A DNA stretch of 64,000 bases from Raillietiella orientalis (Eukaryota): positions 8,866,001-8,930,000 of the forward strand of contig JAYWIR010000001.1 in NCBI GenBank assembly GCA_036172245.1, read 5' to 3'. Numbering within the stretch: the stretch's first letter is position 1; the number at the start of each line of letters is the position of its first letter. The notes beneath the pieces are model-generated. The model saw only the letters and a program-made list of their open reading frames with translations. It made no database searches and was not told the origin of the DNA. Positions 1 through 12,499 of this stretch are shown in pieces. The translations under genes were made by a program, and so were the position numbers.

Positions 1-49
1 AGAGGCACCAGTTTCAGGGACAAGAAGTTCAAAGGCGACTCCCACGGCA

Positions 50-1400
50 ATGGAGGTGTGCCAACCCGTCCCCTCCAATGAAGGAACCGCGCCAGCATTG
101 GCAGCATCGCCGCCGCAGCCGTCTCTGTCTTACGCGGCCGTGGAAGTGTCGCAACCAATAATATGCGGAACACGGCGGTGCTGACTATGGCCGTCGAAGC
201 CCGCCATCTTTGAAATTAAACAGGTGAAGAAGGAAAGATGTTGGGAAGTTGACAAGGAAGTCAAACACCTTGCGTTCCGAGTGGGAATGCTGCGACTCGC
301 GAACGTGAGGCACGTCTACGTGGCATCCCACAAAGAGAACGTGGATTTCCGAAAAATTAAAGCCACTATCCCGTCCACGAGTGGATTTACCGTGTATACC
401 GCGTACGAGGAGCTGCATGAGACGCTCATGGAGCAGGGTATCGTCCTCAATGGGAGTCGGCGGATGCGTGGAATGGGAGAACTGTCGACCACCCCTGTCT
501 AGCTGACCGGTGTACACTGCGTCACCAAACAGGAGGATGTGTGGGAGTTTTTCTCCCAGTACGGTGAAGTTAGGAAGGTTGTATTCCGCAGCCACATTGA
601 GATCTTTTCCGGGGAGACCGTGGTGCCGATGAAGCGCAACTGCCTGCAGCCCACCTTTTGGACGGGCTGCAAGGAGTGCGGCTACAGCATGAGCACCTGC
701 ATAAGGCGCGATGCTTTAAGTGAAGCCGAATTGGCCACTTCATCAAGGATTGCCCCAGGCCCTCGCAGTGTCATCACTGCAACATGTTGGGATTCGTGAC
801 GAGGAAGTGCGAGTAGTCCGACTGGCTCGTGGCCCGAGGACGGCCTCCGCTCACCGAAGTGGAGGCGAAGAGGAGGCAGGCGGAGCTCCCCTCCCTCCAC
901 AGTCAGCGACACGAAACCTCCTAGAAAAGCAGCTGCAGCAGAAAAAGCCCCCAAAGGAAAGGAAGCAGGAGGTTGTGGAAGAACTTCCTTTGCCTCTGGA
1001 AAAGGATGTGGAAAGCCGCGAGGACGAGGAATGGAAGCAAAAGATCGCGAAGTTCAAACATGGCCAATACCTGTTGACCGAGGAAGACAAGCAACATCTA
1101 AACGCTGAATATGAATCCAGATGGAGTCCACTTGTCCATCAAATCAAAAAATGCCGTTTCTGAGAAAAATTTCGTTGCAGCATGGAACTGGGACTCGCAT
1201 CCTTCTCCCGACACTTGATCTCTATGCACGATTTTTCCCGTCAAGTTCTCGAACTCATTCCGTCTTCCAAGCGGACGCTTGTGCTTATCTATGGAATTCT
1301 GCGTCTCTCAAGTTTGTTCGTTGTCTGGGCAAAAAACAAACAAAGAGCGCCTACTAGAGTAGAAGAGCTCCTGAAGATTGAGTCATGCAGTGAAGTTGAG
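50..1400 (+). mobile_element. Decayed L1/Tx1-clade LINE ORF1 (RRM-like region plus CCHC zinc knuckles), followed by a short ORF2-C-terminus-like remnant
   Basis: Broken frames read ...EDVWEFFSQYGEVRKVVF... (RRM-like, typical of Tx1 ORF1). Knuckle remnants RCFK*SRIGHFIKDCP and CHHCNMLGFVTRKC lie near 705-810, followed by a charged low-complexity tail. Stops and frameshifts are present. Confidence 0.6.
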
Positions 1401-2542
1401 CATGGAGGAGGAGTCAGCGTTCGGATAGTAAGGCAGGGTTGTCCTGTACAAACTCACGTTGAAACCTGAATTTAACTGGGGTTCGGGATTCGACCATCTG
1501 GAAAGAAATCATGTGACCTGCAGGCCTAAAGTTCTTGGTCCTCCCGATTAACGCGGGCCGATCCTTTCCCCCCAAGAGGCAGACCGTCCCTTTCTTGCGC
1601 TTCATCGTCCCAAGTTGATGTTTCGTCTCCCTACCATAAGATCGTCCTGGGTCACCTGAACTGAACTGCCGTTTGATATGAAAGTCAGTGTTGTTTCCAG
1701 CGTTTTGCATCGTTGCTCATTTGTTCTAAGGGTCTGAACTCCGAATTTTAGATGACCCTCAGGCCTATGACCCGCACGTCTTATCCCAATGTGGGAGTTA
1801 ATGCGTTGGCAGATCAAGGAAACTTGGGAAGACGGTCATCAAAAAATAGAGGGTCTCCCATGAGTGCACTTGGGATTTGCGTTTCTTGCTCGAAAGAACG
1901 GTGCGGTGTTCGCAGACTTTGTGGGGCAGAGGGTGCTCTCCATCATCCCCGGGAGCTGGTCTTTTCGGTGCTTCCCACAAGTGCGTGTGATTCGGATTGC
2001 AGGAAGCGCGTGGTGCGAGTTTCATCACCGTCGTTTGTGACGTAGTTCAGAAACGAAAGGCTCTGGAATTGATGATGGTGCACATTTGAAATGCAACCGG
2101 TGGATGCTAGGGTTCGCGTTAGAAAGAGGGAACCGTAAACCGCAGGGTGCAAGGAAAGGTCAAGTAACACAGCGTGTGTTACAATGCACGCGCCATGCGG
2201 ACCGTAGTCGCCGTGTAATTTTTATGGCTGAGGGAACGAGCAGGAGTTGCGACGGGGAGCGGCGCACAGTCGGTGGCGGATGTTTCGGTGGGTTTTCGTC
2301 GACTGCCTTCAAGAGAGTCTGCTGCAGCTGCGCCCCGACAGGATGGCTTCCGACACTGCAACCACACTTCACTTTTGTTTGTCAGCCACTCTTCATCAGA
2401 GATCCTCAGCATCCTTTTATGAGAAAATCCTCCCGCTTTCTCGACCGCCGCAGCATAGACATGCGAACCGTTCGCGCGCGAAGATACTGTGGGATTCAGA
2501 TACTGCGAATCATACTATTATTTCGTTGCCAGGGGGAGCATG

Positions 2543-5500
2543 TTACATGTTTTCCAGTATCCATCTGTGGTAGTTCGTTACGTTAGTGTAAACTCCCGGA
2601 ACATCTTCGTTTCCACATTTGCTAGGTCCAAAAGACACGAGACCTATCAGATACCACTGGGCTCCATATTCATCGTTCATCATCAGCGGGCCTCCGCTGT
2701 CTCCTGCACAAGAATCCTCTCCCGCCTTGCCTCCGGCGCACAAATGTTTCTCCGACAACGTGTACTTCCGGTAGAAGGAGGTAGTCTGGCATTTCTCCAG
2801 AGTTTGGAGAGGAATCTGGAGTTCTTGAAGCGTGTTGCTCCTGATAGGGTTGTATTTATCTGAGCCAAGAGATGAGCATGACTCGGGAGTGCATAGGTTG
2901 GCTTACCCATGTTTATGCGTCCCCATCCAACGACGTAGGGATCCACCGACGTTCTCAGAAGCTTACCATCGATATCTAAACATATCGGCTGGATATTCTC
3001 TAAAATGGAAGAGAAAGACTGTTGAAAATGAAGGAAGAGACTCAACCGCAGCTGATGGTTCAACGACGATGACTGGTGGTGGTTCGCCGACTCCCTGCCT
3101 TCCGCCTGCGGCTGCTCAGCAAGCCGCTCTACGACTGGCACCAGCGTGCACGGTAGAGCCAGCAGACGGGTCGTCTCAATTGAAAGAGGCAGGGAGGCGC
3201 ACCTGCAGCGGCGGTCAGTCTGAGGCGCCGAAACCGGGAAAGGATAAGGAAATGTCTCGGAATTTCCGACGTACAGGATGAGACGGGTTTTCGCGTTCCC
3301 ACTTCCGTCTTGTCCCGGAGGATGAACGGGCACGTGAGAACTAATCCGCTCGATCGGAACACTCTGCACCACCGTCCAATCCTGGAGACCCTCCCGGGTT
3401 CGTTCGCTAGCAACCAAAAGAAAAATCGATCTCGTTCCGACGACCCCACCATTTCCGCTCGCCCCCGGGCACGGATCAGGCCCCACACAACACGCGGATA
3501 TGAGGGTACTGAGCATGCTGAGTCCGCCGGATGAACTGTTCGTGACCTCACCGTTCCGGTCTCGTTCGCCTGTGGGATCGCAGACGTCATCGTCGCGGTC
3601 TTAGCAAATGGGCACGCTGGATTCGTTGGTTCTGAAGACGCGTCTGGTGATGGGAACTCCTCGGAACTGGGAAGGCCTCTTCCAGCTAAACGACGCCTTG
3701 CTCAAATGATGTAAGGATCACTGGGACCAGGAGGAAATAAAAAAAAAAAAGAGGTCAGTAGCGACCTCACGAGGAGATCATTAGGGCTGGTTTTGAATGA
3801 TGAAAACCTTGGAGGTCTTCCACTTCCTTCCAGCTTCAGTTTTTTCGGTTTTCTTTCTTTCTAGGTTCTCGGAGTGCTCGGGAACCGCGCTCATCCCAGC
3901 GGCTCGACGGTGCCTCTGCGAGGCTCCTCGAACAAGTCACGCCACCCAAGGGAGCGTAGCTTCGTTAAAAGTAGCGAGTCAGGCGTGGGGGAAACACCGA
4001 AACGGCCACCACCCCAACCACACCAGGGAGGAATGCCCTGTGAATCCTTGGTCGTTCCAGAAGGAAACCTCTCCCGATTTCTTCTCCGGAGGGAGGGCTC
4101 TCACCGCGAAGGAGGGGAAACTCCTCAAGGGGGAGTCGACCCGATGAACGCAACGTCTTTCACGAGGCTCCTCGGGTGGGGTTCGACTCCATGACGCAAA
4201 CCGGAGCGGAATCCAGAAGGTCCGCGAGGGAATCCTGAAGAACGCCCGTGACCTCTCTCGGGACCAGGCTCGGAGAAAGGTTCCTCCTCCCATTCACCCA
4301 CGCAAGCGAAGAGCGCGCTCCCCTCCGGCATCGCCCCCTCTCTGCCGGAGCATCGCTCGCGCACTTTCTGGTCATCGGAGGGGGAAGAGCGATGGGGGAA
4401 ATGCGCTAGCGTGTGGGTCCGTGGTGACGGTCGCGGGTTCGAATCCACCCGTGAACGGGCAACGTCAAGAATGGGGCACGTGCGTCATGGGTCGCGAGTC
4501 CCCGCATTTTCCTTACAGGATGGCGCTGGTTGGGTTGCGGGCTTCGGATGCAGCACTGGTTGAAGCCGGAAAACGGATGTCCCCATCGACTGGCCTCCGG
4601 GATCGAGAGTGGACACTCCAAGGTCCGGAAATCCGGGAATCACGGAGCCTTTCGGAGGACTCCCCCTCAGTTGTGCAAATGGACCCATCTGGTTTCCAAG
4701 ACTACAGGGTCTTCCCTGCCTGTCCCTTTTGTTCTTTTCTCCTCGAGATCTCCGGAGCCATGCATCAGCCTTTCCCCCATGCTGTGCGACCGTGTCCTGT
4801 CGGCGTCGTTGAGATTCTCACTTGCCGTTCTCTCCCACCGGCTGGACATCTTCCTTGAGGAAAATTTTTCCATGCCCTTCCTGTGCCGTGGAATGGGGAG
4901 TTTCCAGTCCGACCCGGTCCGTCCGTTGCGTCTGGGGGATCCCATCCTTCCGCGGGAATTCGCCGTCGTCCCGGGGGATCCCCGCGCATTCACCGCCGGC
5001 GCCTGAACGGGCGTTTGCGCCCCTCTGGAGGGCAAGAGGGAAGCTATTCATGGAAGTTCTGCTTAATCCGCTCCCCCTTTCCTATGCCTTTCTTTCTCAA
5101 CTCCGTCGCAGTGGTCCCTCGTCTCCCAGCCGCCCACTTAAAACACCGCGGCGGGCCCTTATCCGCAGCGTTCATTTTTCCGCTTCCATCACCCTTCCAG
5201 ATGGCGCCACTTGCAAGGCGGGACATCATCTCTTAAGTTTCTGATGATGGAAATTCTCTGGGGCTCTTCCATTTCCGCTGATTCCCTTCTCGCCTTTTTT
5301 TTTGAGGGGGGGTTCTTTTTTTGGGTCCATCAAGTACCGACGAACCGTTCGCCTCATTAGGAGTGTGGGGGGGGGGGAATCACGACGCGCTTTGACGCTG
5401 TCGACGCCACCCGGGGGTGCGTGTCACTCTTCGAGTTATAGGGTACCCCTGGAAGGGACCACCCTATGGATCCAGGAAGGCTCCGGAGGAAAGAGTTCGT

Positions 5501-6963
5501 TCCTCCCTTACGCTTGGGAAGGAATCCCGAAGGGAACCACCTTTTCTTTACTCTCTCCAGAGAGATCCCCAGAGGAGGCCGCCCCTTATTTCTCCTTCTG
5601 AGGGAACCCGCAAGGGAACCGTTCCCTGTATTCTCCTCTGGAGAGGACCCCGAAGGGACGCTTCCCAATTTCTCCCGAATGGATCTGATCCCCAAAGGGA
5701 GCAGCGCGCTTCTTGGCATTCTGGAGAGGCAAAATCAATCCATCAGTTCCCTGGTACGAGATGGGGGTGCTCCGAATGGTTGGGGGGGGAGGGCTCTTCC
5801 CCACAATCGGGGGGGGAACCCCGAAGGACCCTGGAGGGTCAACTCCCAATCCCGGTCACTCATCGGGGGCATTAGGTTTTATGAGCTCCCAGTGCAGCTC
5901 CCGAATAGAGACCAACCGGCGTCATCTTGCGGGGGGAACTCGAACCCATAACGCAGCCATCGCTCTGACGTCGATCCTCCCCCGGACGGGATTCGAACTC
6001 ACGACGCCTGGTGTTTCTGCGCGCGGAGACCGCCGCCGCACGGCCTCCGACGCGGGTCAGCCGAGCGCGGTGCATAGCCGCGGGTTCCTGCGCAGCCGAC
6101 CTTTGCGCAGGTCGCGGGTTTCCGGGGTGAGGTTCGGAGCGCCTCGAGCTCACCTCTGAAGTGGACGTGCTGTGCCAAGGTGAGGAGGGCGATGTCGTTG
6201 TCCACCTGGGTGCCCGTGCGCTTCCAGTTGGGGTGGATAAGCGCCCGGACTATGGAGAAGTCCTGCGCTTCATAGCAGACTGCGGGCTGCCCAGCATCCT
6301 CAATGCAATCGGGCGCGGTCAGGAGGTTGTTCTCTCCGAGGCGCACGACCGCCCTGAAAAGGGAATGGCAGAAACAGGAGATTCCCTCGGGCCACAGCAA
6401 AACCCGGGCGGGTGAGCGGGGAAAACAACTTACAGACGTAAGCCGGGGGGCAGGAGCCGCTCATCGACGCAGTGGGCCGCGGTCACTACGTGCTGGTGGC
6501 TAAGCAGGGCTCCCCCGCACAGGAACTCCAGGCCCTGGCTCGATCCGTCCGGGGCGTTCACTGGACGAGACGGAGGCGTCAGTCAGCGCGGCAGAGGGTC
6601 GCTCACCCGTTTCTCGTACCGGTATAGCCTATGGCGGCGACCCACGGCCAAGAGCCCGCACGGGCGTCCTTTCCCCCAATGATCCTATCCTTGATCACCA
6701 GACCGCAGTTCGGGGACAGCTTCCCTCGGAGTTCTTCCAAGGACTGGAGAGGCCCGGGCGAGGTCGTGGCTGCGAGGTTCCTCCGAGGGCAGCAGACGAG
6801 CGGATCGAAGTTGTCGAACCCGCATGTCGATCTCCTGAGCATCTCGACCTGGGTGGCGTCCCCCTTGAGCAGGGGCAGCAGCTCGGGGCACTCGGTGACG
6901 ACGATGCAGACTCCCACGGCCCCTTCTTCCGGTTGTTGGGAGTAGGGCTTGCACTGGCTCCCG
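2543..6963 (-). CDS. Clip-domain serine protease, CLIPB/easter/PPAE-like, trypsin-type; 5' signal-peptide exon not resolved
   Basis: Exons read by hand: ~6963-6620 (6-Cys clip domain, activation site DR|IIGG, SWPWVAAIGY), 6560-6434 (FLCGGALL..VVTAAHC), 6353-6154 (VRLGE, extra DC..C loop, NDIALL), 2999-2907 (QPICL..VGWG), 2859-2543 (DSCAGDSGGP, PGVYT, stop). All GT-AG introns with consistent phases 1,2,1,1. Catalytic triad intact. Confidence 0.93.
3790..4290 (-). repeat. Interspersed repeat family 2, copy 1 (SINE-like; shares 3' tail with family 1)
   Basis: Near-identical blocks with 38810-39400, e.g. caggcgtgggggaaacaccgaaacg and ggtcgttccagaaggaaacctctcccgatttcttctccggaggga. Orientation is inferred from the tail shared with family 1. 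Confidence 0.8.
4390..4760 (+). mobile_element. tRNA-headed SINE-like family 1, 5' fragment
   Basis: B-box gggttcgaatcc at ~4434 and a second B-box-like motif at ~4490. The body (ggaatcacggagcc...gttgtgcaaatgga) matches the other copies. Confidence 0.65.
5292..6056 (-). mobile_element. tRNA-headed SINE-like family 1, near full-length copy inside intron of protease 1
   Basis: On the minus strand: head cccgcgtcggaggccgtg, B-boxes gagttcgaatccc and gggttcgagttcc, body motifs gaagcgtcccttcgggg and ttcctccggagccttcctgg, and an A-rich 3' end. Confidence 0.75.
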
Positions 6964-8699
6964 CTGGAGAGGGCAGAAGACTTCCCGCCTTTGGGTGGAA
7001 GAGCAGCGACAGCAACGGCGGAGTGGGGAGTAGGAGAAGAGGAAGAGCTTCCCGCCGGACTCGGGATCCCCTACCACCACCCACCCATCCCATTCCTTCA
7101 CTCGCGCAACCGTCCTCTGTCGGGACTCGCCTTCAAGCAGTCTCCATGGAGGTGCGCCGCAGCGCAATCGGTCCCTTCATCGCGAGGCGTCTGCCTGTAG
7201 GGAGGGAGAGTCCTCGTCCTCAGTGGCGAAAGGAACGCGGGGTTTCTCTTCCCATCTGCGCTTCCGGCGCAGCGAACCGGAAACGCACAGCTTCCTCGGC
7301 GAGGCCGGCGGACGAGGGAGGCGGTTGATTCTCCCCTTCCTCGAAACGAGAGGACTCGTTCCATCGCTCTCGTTCCGTTCCCGCCTCACTGCCCTCCCGA
7401 ATGCTTTGGAGATCCCGGCTCCGCGGTCCACGACGCGGACACTGAGGCCGGACTCTATGCCTCCTCCTCCTCCTCCTGTGCGACCCCCTCTTCCAGAAAT
7501 CGACGCACCGATGCAAGCGTTCCGGAGTCCCGCCCCTCCCTGGCAGTGGCCACCTCTTCTCGGCACACGTCGCGAAGGTGTTTTCCTGCAGGAACCGAAA
7601 CGGACCCATCTCGCGACTGCAGGGGAGCTGCCGGAAGAGCAGATGACCTGTGGGTTGTAGGGGGGAGGGGATAGACCGCTGCGCCGTCCGCGCGTGCCGA
7701 GCTGAGCCGGAAGGGGATCGCCTGCTTGGAGCACGCCGCTGCCCGTCGAAAGTGAGGATGGCTCCAGCCTGCAAGGACAAAAGGACATCTGCTTTCGCAC
7801 CAGGGAGGGGAGACGACCAGTGAACGCAGGCAGGGAAGGTCTGTAACAGGTAGGAAGAAGTTCCGGGCAGGGAAGAATCCTTGTCCTCCTTGATGCTTCC
7901 GGGGGCGCACGTGGCGCGCCATTCCTCTCCGTTTTGCAAGCCGAGCAGTACGTCCCACGGCAGAGAGCCGAAATTCCCCACGGGTATTCGGCAGGTTTTT
8001 TCCCTATTTTCTTCCCACCAAAAGCCGAGGCTGCACTCCATTCGCAAGGCGACTTCTGCCCGCTTCCACCTGAGGCGAAAATGACGAGGCAATGATACGG
8101 AAGAGCCGAGTGAAGGGTTTCCAGCATCCTCACGAGATTCGCTTCCCCAGCTTGCCTATCCTCCTAGCGTGGTGTTCCTCAACTTTTCAGCACTCTTAGG
8201 TGTGTGAGCACGCGCCTTCAGCTTTGGGGATCCTGCTGGGATCTGGGGGCTTTCCCCCTCGAGTCGGTCGCTTGCTCTTCCTCATCCCATCTTCTTCCGG
8301 TTGCCGCCTCTTCCGGGGAAAGTGGGCCATCTCTGCTGCCCCTTCGCCTTGACGGCCACTGCGCGGGCCCGTCCTCCGTTGAGGCCGTGGAAAATTCTGC
8401 CTCGAGGGATCGCCGAGATGCGAGTCGCGTGCTCCAGCCGCACGCTCCCGCGCAACACGGCATTGGGGCGGCAGAGGCGTGATGACCACTTCCAGACAAA
8501 AAGTCGACTCCCTCCCTCCTCATGCGAAGGGCTTGGTCTTTTGGTCCCAAGAGCGGCGGGAAACCCAGATGAACCGGGAAAACGAAGGGAGAAACGGCTC
8601 AACGGCGCCGACTTCTGACCAGCGGATCCTACACACACTGTGTCCCCGGAGAGGAGGCGTCCTGCTGGCTTGGATTTTCCCGGGATGCCGCCTGAATTC

Positions 8700-9400
8700 T
8701 TCTTATTGGGAACGAGATCCTCGCTCAGCTCGCTTTCCACGATGCTCTCGGGGGGGCACTCTTTGTTTTCCCTGCATCTTTCCTTGTGGGGTGGTCATTC
8801 TCCTTGTCGGTTGCGCATTTTCATTTTCTCTCGTCATGAATGCGACGGCACGCGAGTCGTGCAGGCGTTCCTTGAGTTGTGCTTGCTCCGCCCCTTCGTG
8901 ACGTTCGTGTGACTCGAACATTCCTTTCTGGACTCTGTCCGTCAGCCTTCCTTACCGGACGGTTTGAACTGCATCGTGGCAGCCCCGGGCAGTACAGCGC
9001 AACGGGACGCGGCAGGCAGGGGAGATCGTCGCGCCCGCTCGAGGTACGCTCAGCACGCGCTGTGCACATGGCGGAGCGCGCTCGTGCGCGATCCATCCGG
9101 CCTTCCCTGGAGCGCAAGGCTTGGAGCCCGCGCGTTGTACGGCGCCTCGGCTGTGTGTACGTACCCAGCCTTTGTACGAGAAGCCCGTGGGGTCTCCTTG
9201 CGTTCATCCTTCCTTTGAAGACATCTTTCCCGAGTTCCTTTTCCGCTTCGATCGAGGCTTCCCCGAAAGGTGAACACGCGATTCCGTCCCGTCTCCCCTC
9301 CAGGAACGGGGGATTCCCTTCTCCGCTCTGGAAATTTCTGATCTCTCTGGGCAAAGCCAAAAAAAAACGTCTCGCGTCCTCCCTCCCAGCCGTCGGCGGG
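8700..9400 (-). mobile_element. Decayed LINE ORF2 C-terminal fragment (L1/Tx1-like)
   Basis: Frame-shifted remnants WIAHE..., CRVPLRCTARGCHDAVQTV resemble the ORF2 Cys/His C-terminal region. Heavily degenerate. Confidence 0.35.
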
Positions 9401-12400
9401 TTCGTGACCACGCGCTCTGCCTTGGCTTGTTGTGCTCCTTCGCGAAGGACGGAATTTCACCTCTTCCATTTTGAAAAATTGAGAATCCCTCTGGATCCGG
9501 GAATGCCGCTCGAAGGCACAATGCCTGAGTAGGAGAAGAGCAACACCACTCTGTTTCCTCGAACTGCTTCCTGCGATATCTCGAGATTCGTGTACCGGGA
9601 GTCCTCAGTACACAGCTGAGCTAACTGACGCCTTTGAAACAAAGTCGTCAGCGTCGACTGCAAGTCTACTCCCCAGCAGTATCCCAGGGTCGGTGTACCA
9701 ACATTAGTGGATAGTGCTCGCTGACGGTAGTTTTCGGGTAGTGCCATGCCTTGAAACGAATCAGCCTAACTCGAGGTACCCCAGTAGAAAATTAAAAAAA
9801 AGGAGTGGACTATCGAACCCACTACCAAGAAAAAAAAAAAAAAAAGCTTTTTTGTAATCGCCAGCCAGATGCACGAATATCTATAGCGGGTCACCTTTTC
9901 CACCACGGACCTTTACACTACAGGAATAGCTAAATAACCAGGTAAAACGATCCTTGCATCCCAATGAATCCGGATGAATCGGAACGTGTGGGTTACCAAA
10001 CCGGAGCTTCAGCGAAAGAAGCTGTGGGGAAATTCGCACTGCCATTTCCACACCCACTCCAGTGAGGTTATCCCAAAGATGGCACCCGACCCCAATACCA
10101 AAGAAGGCTGTCAATGACATCTAAGAATGCAAAGCACAGATCGTTCTAGAAAAATTCAGCCGTCATTCGATTCGAAATGACGGTACGTTGGCTCAGTAAG
10201 TAGGACCAAATGTTCTTACCCTCATTCCTCGACCAAATAACCAGAACAAGCAACAACTGCAAAACTGAAAACATTGTACCACTGATGCTTTGCTGGATCT
10301 ATGCAATCACATGTTTGTATTGTTTTCCGATCAGCACACCTCGAGTTTACATTCGAGCACGCACCACATGTAGAAAAACGGCGCAATCTACTTTCCTGGG
10401 AAAGAGTGGCTTGAAAAGTTGAGATATACACTTTCCTCCAAGACGTATTCAAGGTCTTCAAAGTGACATCTCGCTTACGCAGTAACGTAACGCTGCACAG
10501 CCTTCGGCACAAGGAAAACCCCGTTGATGGGGCACCGTGTTCTGATTCCATGTGTTGAAAAGAATACAGAAGCCTCCCTTCTCGTTTCGTGGACACCACT
10601 ATCCACGCAGGGTGGCCGAAACACGTGGAACCTCTTCAAGGAAAGCTTGTTTTAGGTCAAGTTAACAAAAAAAAGGAAAAAAAGAAAAAAAAAAAAAAAA
10701 AAAAACGAGAGACGGTTTGCATCGTTGATTGAATTTTTGCCCGAAACACGGATTTTCATTCGTGTTTTGCTGGACTATGGGGGCATTCCACAAGCACACA
10801 CATATTTGTATAAACGTGCAGACTCGTTGACAAATGAGAATAGGAAGAAACAAAGTGTTCTTTGGTCGTCCTCCAGACGGAGGCACAAAAGTCGACTCTC
10901 CCTGCAGAGTTTTCTGTCTTCGGTGGGCCTCTGGAAAGGAATTCGCTGGAAGGGTTCGTTTTTGCTCACGCATAAAAAAAAGGGGGAAAAAAAGAAACAA
11001 CGGGAAACCAGGGTAACGCAAAACAGATGCAAGCAAAGAGCACGTGACTTAAATGCGCGCCAAAACTTCCCGTCATTGTTGCGTGCTCCATAAGTAAAGC
11101 CAATGCCCTGATGGGCTTTGGCTTTTCAGCTCCGATCCCGTCGGGGGCCGGTGAAGGGGAGCACTTCTGCGCACCACCCCGTTTGGGCTTTTGCCCTCCA
11201 GGCGCCCGCGGGAGGAACTTCTTCCGCTCTGCGCTTTCAAACTCGTCAGATGCACCGGGTTTCACGTCTCCTTGGTTGCGGGATCCATCCTTGCAGGGAA
11301 AAAGGCCCGAAGCCCATCCACGGATGGTCGCTTTCTCCCATTCGGCGGCGCGGACCGCGGGCTTAGGAGGAGGCGGACGAGTTGGACAGGCGAGTCTCCC
11401 GAAGTCCATGCCCTCGCAGGCCGTTCCTGCGAGCAGCAGGGCCGGCAAGAGGGAGTCCCCTCGTCTCCGGGGGGTGCAGCCTCGCGTTCCCGCCAGCTCG
11501 CTCACCGACGCCTACCCGATTTGCGGCGGTGTCTGTGCGGGCGCGTCTTTCTCGAGCTGGGAGGCAAGCGACTCTGCCGCTGCCTCGGGGGATCAGTTGA
11601 AGAGCGGCCGCGCGGCGGCTTCTCGAGGATTCGGACTTGCGTCCTCCCGCGGCTGTATCGCGCTCGAGCTCGCCCCAGGCGCCGCCGGGGATCCCGACAG
11701 ACGTTTTCCCACCTCGTTCCTCCGCGGTCCCCGTCGAGCCTGGCTCGAGTCCACCGCTTCCCGGCTTCGACGTGCCTGTGTAAGCGTGAGAAGGCTTTCC
11801 CAGCTTGGAGCGCCCTCGGGAGATCGCATGTTTCCAAGCACAGGGGAAAGGGGAAGGGGACGGCGTGGCTAATGGGCCGATGTGCCGCCGTCATCGTGCA
11901 GCGTCTCCTCGACACGTCGTCATCGATGATTTGCTTCTTTTTTTTTTTTTTTTGTTGCTTCTGGCGGTTTTTCTTTGTCGTCCGCAGGCGCCACCTGCCG
12001 TCGCATGCTGGGCGCCTTCCGAAGAGAGGGGGATGCTGACGCAACTTCGCAGAGGTGCGATGACACCGGTTGGTTTCCATGGCCACTCCGCAAAGACGTC
12101 GTTCGCCGAGCTTTGTCCGCGGCCCGAAGCGCCTCGGGCCCTGCAGACGGAGGTCGGGCGCGTCTCGCTGCGCGACGCGAACCCGTGTAACGTCCGTGCT
12201 GTCTCCCGGGTTCCCTGGAAGGCATTCCCAGGAGGACGCCCTCAATCCCGCCGGTCAAGGACTCTCGGAAGGGTCAGCCCCTTCCTCCTGCGCGTGGACC
12301 CTACCTGACCACTCTCCCCTCCCGGCATGATCCCATCGACCTTGCCCCCAGTCAGATCCGAGAGCTCTCACCGCGACTGTGGAGCGGGGGTCATGGACCA

Positions 12401-12499
12401 GGTCAGTTTCGGAACCGCGCGCTACCGCAGTGCCCTCTGACAGGGAGCAGAAAAAGGGAGGAGGAGAGGAAAGAAGGCGAGGCAAAGTGTCGCTCCCCG

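Noticed and set aside
5238..5262. Hammerhead-like ctgatga..gaaa (also 11235-11249 on the minus strand)
   Set aside because: No stem II and no flanking helices could be formed.
5357..5719. Peptide SFLRSLPG..W recurring in ORFs at 5357, 40703 and 44282
   Set aside because: Explained by nucleotide conservation of the repeat core. Flanking frames differ between copies, so it is not evidence of a protein.
5930..6056. Functional tRNA genes at the GTTCGA motifs
   Set aside because: No complete cloverleaf could be built; the motifs are heads of the interspersed repeat.
7177..8133. Long overlapping ORFs (318 and 290 aa)
   Set aside because: Arg/Gly/Pro/Ser-rich with no motifs, and open in several frames at once, as expected from high GC.
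11790..11880. HDV-ribozyme-like ending ggctaatggg
   Set aside because: No matching P1/P2/P3 pairings were found upstream.
11111..12245. ORFs of 247-282 aa on both strands
   Set aside because: They run through a T-tract and have no recognisable domain; GC-driven artefacts.
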